Of a stretch of 64,000 nucleotides of DNA, positions 58,382 through 64,000 are shown in pieces. The notes below the pieces were generated by a model. The model made no database searches, was not told the origin of the DNA, and was given only the letters and a program-made list of their open reading frames with translations. The stretch is from Balanoglossus misakiensis (taxonomy: Eukaryota > Animalia > Hemichordata): positions 2,121,908 to 2,185,907 of the forward strand of contig CM082579.2 in the NCBI GenBank assembly GCA_040954595.2, read 5' to 3'. The stretch's first letter is position 1. The number at the start of each line of letters is the position of its first letter. The translations under genes were made by a program, and so were the position numbers.

Positions 58382-61300
58382 GTAATTATTTTTGTCATTA
58401 CGACCAATTAAAATAACCCGCTTTACCAGCACGCAGTGGATCTACCCGAAAATTACAGGTTGTCATTTCATCACCAGGGAATAAACTGACAGCTTAACTA
58501 CAAACACGGGTGGCTGACACAAATGAATATTTAAAATTACACGGAAAATATATTTTTTAAGTATGACGTAAGCCTCACTGTGACATCAAACATGGCGGAT
58601 GCGCATGCGGGCTCGGGAGTCTGCTAAAAAGCCAACCGTTCTCAATTTGGGAAATTGAATGTTAGGTCTTTGACTTTTTAATTAACTGACCATTCCATCA
58701 AATACACGCATCCTACGTATCCTCTGCAGACGGTTTGCGTCATGGAATTTTCACTGGTCATAAATATCCCTTTCTGAAACCACCTGGTCCAGAAAAAAGG
58801 CCCGCATACAGGTGGCCCGATCAACCTGTTGGATGGCTATAGACATTTCGTGACCTCAGTGGGACGGAAAGTAATGCTTCAAAACAAATACCTTATTCTT
58901 TCTCTGCAACCCGAGCGCGCCAAGTGTTTTATGTATAGGCAGGGTGGGTTGTTTTTCAGCTCGATTGTTGCCGACTAAACGAGTATAAGTGGTTGGCTTT
59001 CAGTGGGTGGCAAAAGATGCGTTCGGTTGCTAAGAGGTTCAAGTGTTGAGCAAGGCGAAGGTGGTGGATTATCTGGCGCTGCGCAGTCGAGTTGCGCACA
59101 GATCTGGCCAGATTTTCCATCTGTGTGCGTTGGAATCTTTCTGGTGACCTGAATGACCAGGCAGGCAGACAGGGGTCGTTTGGTACCGTCCCCGACGTTA
59201 GCGCACTACCCAAGAAGAAAAGGGGGTATGGACGAAGGATAGGGTTACAAAAATAACAGCAAACACGTAGGGTCAGCGAGGTCGGACGGCCAAAGAAACT
59301 GAGCACCGAGCAGTAGAGGGGCTTTCGCCTCTGCTGAAATGCACCCTCCTGCTGGTGATAAACACCAACATTCCGAAAGTTACACTCGAATACTTAGCGA
59401 AACAAGGACGCGAGAGAACCAAATACCAAACAAGCTTTCTGGAATGTTTTGTCGATGTCGTGCCTGTTGTTTTCTGTCCCATGTTGAAGAAAACAAATTA
59501 TTGATTGTACATTACGTGAAGAGTATTCGTGAAATTCCACTTTGACAGTTTATGCGAGCATAATAATGCGACAGGCAACAAAGAGAAGGCAAGTCGTGAT
59601 GGCAGAAGAATAAACAGCGCGACTGCATAATAGGCGGATGGAGTGTGGGGTTTACAATGAACACAACAGCACTCGAACATCTAAATCTGCTCATTTCAAT
59701 AATATGTTGCCTTCTCGACCTTGGAAGAACAGAAGAGGCTCAGATAATGTGTCAGTGGCTCCCGTTTCGCTGAAATGAAGTTTTTTATTTTCTCTATGAA
59801 ATGTGCCGTGATGTAATCCCCGAGAGAGTGGTTTTGTTCCACCGGTTTATAGCTATGCCGGGACCTGTTGAATTAATTTATTCAAAATCACATCAAAGGC
59901 CGCGGGACGAAGTCAATGAAATTGCCATTTCCGCCGAAACTTCAGTCCCCCCCAAAGAGATACCTCCATGGCAAAACGAAGGGTGGACTAGATCTTCAAG
60001 TGGTCTCACAGAAGAAGTGGGGACGGTGGTGGTGGTGGTGCGGAATTCCGTGATTCCTTGACGATTTATGATACATTCATCCTGTTTCCCCAAAGACAGA
60101 CCAGGCCAATCAACTTTACGTGCCTGAGGGGACATCTAGAAAAGCAAAAAAATGGGTCTCTCAGGAGATATAGGATATTCGGATGAACAGACAGGAGGGG
60201 CGACAGCGCCTCTTGTTCAAAATAGCAAAGCAAATAGTCAAAAACCCACTGTCTTGTGCGAACGCACGTGACATGCAGAGAGAAGCATGAAAGAGAGACG
60301 GCAATACAGAGGCATGGAAAACGTGGATCTCGGAAGAGACAGACGAGGCATGCACCAGAACAGACATTGCGGGAGAAGTGGTCACCGGTTACATTCGCTT
60401 TCAAGCAAAACCAATATTTCTCCCTGCATATACTTCTGTACGAGTTCACGTTTTACAGAAGAAACAATCCCCAATTCGCTAGGTCTTGACCTCGTGTCTG
60501 AACACGCTTCACCACAACCCTGGGCAACCACCACGGTCAAGAAGTCAAAACCGGTCGAGTTTATTGCCTGTTGTAAATGAGCCGGGGTAATAATGCATAG
60601 GAACTTAAAGAGCGGCCATTTAATCAATAGTACATGTCGTCTCTTCGGTCCCTTCCCGTCTCTTGTGCAGAAATATTTTATGGGTTATATAGGCCCGGTG
60701 TGGTCACATGAAGTACCTGTTGCTGCTCTCGTAAAACTGGGCACCGCGCATGACAGTAGAAAGCTGCGCCGCATCCAATGAAACCACAACAAACAGCTGC
60801 TGGTGATTTACGGTAGATTAATCCGTTTTGTCTAAACCCTAAAGCCGAATTGAAATAATCGCAGTAAGAGTTCAAGGTTGAGTTGAGTTCGCTTGACCCA
60901 TTTTCATTTCCAAAGTTTTACCATAGAGATGATGGGTATCATCATGTCATTCAGAATATATACACATGCTTGACAATGGGAAATATATGATTTTACAGCT
61001 ATGTTAAGTCCTTTACACATCAAACCAAACAGCTTTATCACAAAACCATGTGCACATCAATAACCTACGTGTGCTTGGTTTAATAGCCTAATAACTAGAC
61101 GGTAGACGGTGTCCATGGGCTCTCTATGACCCTGTGTCTCCAGCGCATGAGATGTACTCAGTCACCTCATTTTTTCCGGTCAACCTTTTATCTGGATGGA
61201 GAGGATAATATGGGGGAGATGAAAGGTGAAGATTGCGAGGCTTGACCTTGAGTGTTGTATAATGCCCAGAAGCTAAATACGTGCCGATGATCCCGTACGC

Positions 61301-62099
61301 ACAGATCGGCACCCTTTTCGAAGCCATTGACAATTGCGGGCAAGGCCACATCGGACCCTGATAAATCCCGTTACAATGGAAACGGACGCTCGTAAACTCT
61401 GGCAAAGCTAACATCGCTGTTGAGATTTCTTCTGAAATATTGTGCAATGCACGTTTCTGCAAAATTTCAACCAAGCCATGGGGCCAGTAGAGAAAACATT
61501 TGGTTATGTTACTAAACACAGCTGCACTTTCGTGAATCTACCCCTATTGCATCGTGACGCTGAGGTAGCTGGTAATCTGATTGCCATTAGAGCATATATG
61601 TGTGTCGTGTCACAATCGTTGTTATTGGTGACAGTTAAATTCAAATCCGGACGTACGTTCAATATTCAACAATATCAACTCTGGCTTCGCACGTATGAGT
61701 TGCCTTGGTGTCGGACTTTTCACCATACTGTAGGGAGAGTCAAACAAGAAAGTGTACTGATGCATAGATTAAAAACAGAGAAATACTGGAAAGTTGGCCA
61801 TAAGTAACCGGAGCTTGGAGCTTCAAGTTTACTTCTTTATAAATTATTCAAGTCACGGAACATTTGTTTCGTATCTTTTCTTGGCCGACGTTTTGTAGTC
61901 AACTCAAACTTCAAAGCCCGAGTGTGAAGAAACAAAATGGCGCCCTTTGGTTCTCAAGGAAGACGACTGATCGATTCACTGACCCATTCCTAATGTCTGT
62001 GATATCATCAGTGCGGGTTCCCTGGATTGCCCACAGGTACTGCCGGTCCGTTTATCGATTCCTCGACCGAAAACGGACAGTGGTCTGAAAGGAAACACG

Positions 62100-62220
62100 G
62101 CCAAGATCATTCAAGCGTTAGCAGTGATTTTGAACGCACACTTAATTCCCTGCATGTCTCTATATGAGAATTTGAACTTCCAGGGATTAAGCCCATGCTT
62201 GAGTTTTAGTTCAAGATGGA
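62100..62220. mobile_element. Degenerate palindromic (MITE-like) remnant
   Basis: cttaattccctg pairs with cagggattaag, and attttgaac pairs with gttcaagat, around a central spacer. Confidence 0.3.
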
Positions 62221-64000
62221 CCATAATTGGGTCAAGGTTAGCTGGGGAGATCGTATCTCTCATTTGAGGTACTTTCGGCTGATTTGACTAAGACGCCTTC
62301 TCGTGTGTTCTGAGTCTACTATCAAGTAAATATTCTTTACTTTCCAGGTATGTTGTTGGTAAAGAGAGTCCCTAACTATTGTCAGTCAGTGAGGGTTCCT
62401 TTAAAAGAACCTCTTTGTGAAACGGCGCACCTTAGGCGACCCGGCCGACCCCAACTCTCCCCTGAGAGACTACTAGCGGAATATACAAACGGGAAGTTAG
62501 ACGTTTTGTGAAGTCACCCTCCGGGGAAGATCCATTCTCTCGCTGAGACACGGATTAAAACAACAACTCTTTCAGAGGCGCTGTCCCAACTTCGACAGCC
62601 ACTTGTGGATTCAGAGCTGCAGCGGCGCAAACAGTGCGGATTTTACGCCGCATTTTTCACCTTTCTTAAGACTTCTTACACGCGTGCTGGCCGCGAATGC
62701 AAAGTATGCAGCTATCTCAGTGCTGCAACCCTTCTGATTAAGTGCCCCCACTCTCCGATTCTAGGGTCCCATCTCGAGTCTTACAATCAGAGAGAAGTCT
62801 CCGGGTCAGGCGACGATTGTATGTCTCTTGAACTTCCCTGGTGGTGTCTTCCGTTCCCTTGACAACGTTGGAAAGTTGCATACATCCTTCGATCTTCCCT
62901 CAATAAAGATGTTAGACGCGTGCGAACCAGGACGAGGGGAGATTTAAAAACACAAACAGTGCAGCCCTGACTTTGTTTCGGCCCATCCACGGCAGATAGA
63001 AGGGCGGCCGCGGAGAGAGTGTTTGCTCCGGTAACGGCACGTACTAAGGTGTTTTCAAAGAATTCCCTAATCCCTGCATTAGAATGGAAGTTGCCAGTCT
63101 CGGCACAGGTCAGTGAGATACTCTACACATGCAGATATGGTGGAACGAACAGGGCAAACAAACTTCGACAATGTCATATTGTCGTTGTGAGATGTCAGGG
63201 GACGGCGAGAGAGTCGACCTCGGGACATCCACTCTTGCCAAAATGCAGTCATGGCAAACAATGTGTGAAGCCATAAAACAGACACAAGAAGAAAAGTCGT
63301 TAGGTGCTTCTTCAGAGACCGTGATGAGTAAAAATAACCGCACTGTGTACCGTCCTGTTTCTGTTCTGAATGTTCTGGCCTCGCTAATACTTGCTAGAAA
63401 AAAGTCGAACTTGATACCTGGGGAGTCGTTTTCAACAGAGACACTGGACGGATGAGCCCCACCACGGCGCCCTTTGAACTTTGTAAATACGAAGTCGTTT
63501 AACTTCACAGTGGATGAAATCGTTACTGTGTTTTGTCCCAAAGCTGGCATACAAAAGGAGAAGACTGGTTTAAAAGGAGGCCGCCTTCAGCTGCAGCAAA
63601 AACTCACAGGCTATTTGACATTGTTATGATCCAAAGACCGGGTCGACTTTGAAAAGCAACCGGGCAGCCTGACCTGAAAGAGCGTTAAAATATCTCCCCC
63701 GATTAGGCTTTGAAAACGAAGAAAGAGAACTGGAAAGAAAGCAATACTCTGCTCTTGAAATGGGTGATCCATGGATACACCAAGGCCTTGAAAGCCGCTT
63801 AAAGATGATATCGCTGCTATGGTAGCCGTTTCCAAGGGAACGGGTCTCCTCTATTAGTATGCTGCCCGTCCAGAAAGTTGAATTAAATTGTTAAATTAAA
63901 ACCCCATACAGGAGCAGGAGCTACTGCAGAGAGAAGTCTGCATCAGGTCGAAACTCTTTTCATACGATTGTCGTTGTTTTCCATCAGACACTGCGTAATA

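Noticed and set aside
63019-63835. Overlapping 70-146 aa ORFs on both strands near the window end
   Set aside because: They show no formin, transposase or RT motifs, and the frames are interrupted by stops. Treated as intronic sequence.

Overview
This is eukaryotic (invertebrate animal-like, about 40% GC) genomic DNA with spliceosomal introns. The ORF track is mostly exon fragments or chance ORFs, so genes were rebuilt by hand from splice sites and reading phase. The left 22 kb is a compact housekeeping block of two head-to-head pairs. UTP18 (-, 12 coding exons) pairs with a group I nucleoside diphosphate kinase carrying an NME3-like N-terminal extension (+, 4 exons). SNX25 (-, 22 coding exons) pairs with TMEM185 (+, 7 exons). 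DPH3 (-, 82 aa) follows, with a 9.5 kb second intron containing cryptic exon-like segments. The 40-55 kb region has no recognisable conserved gene, but holds a candidate TATA-driven, spliced minus-strand transcript with a 164-aa ORF, MITE-like inverted repeats and a highly self-complementary 230-nt element. Two exons of an INF2-like formin (+) lie at 55.8-58.4 kb, and the rest of that gene was not found in the window. Three of about 44 reconstructed coding introns need GC donors. No tRNA, rRNA, CRISPR array or intact transposase/RT was seen. I found no clearly new biological system, and the findings are hypotheses.
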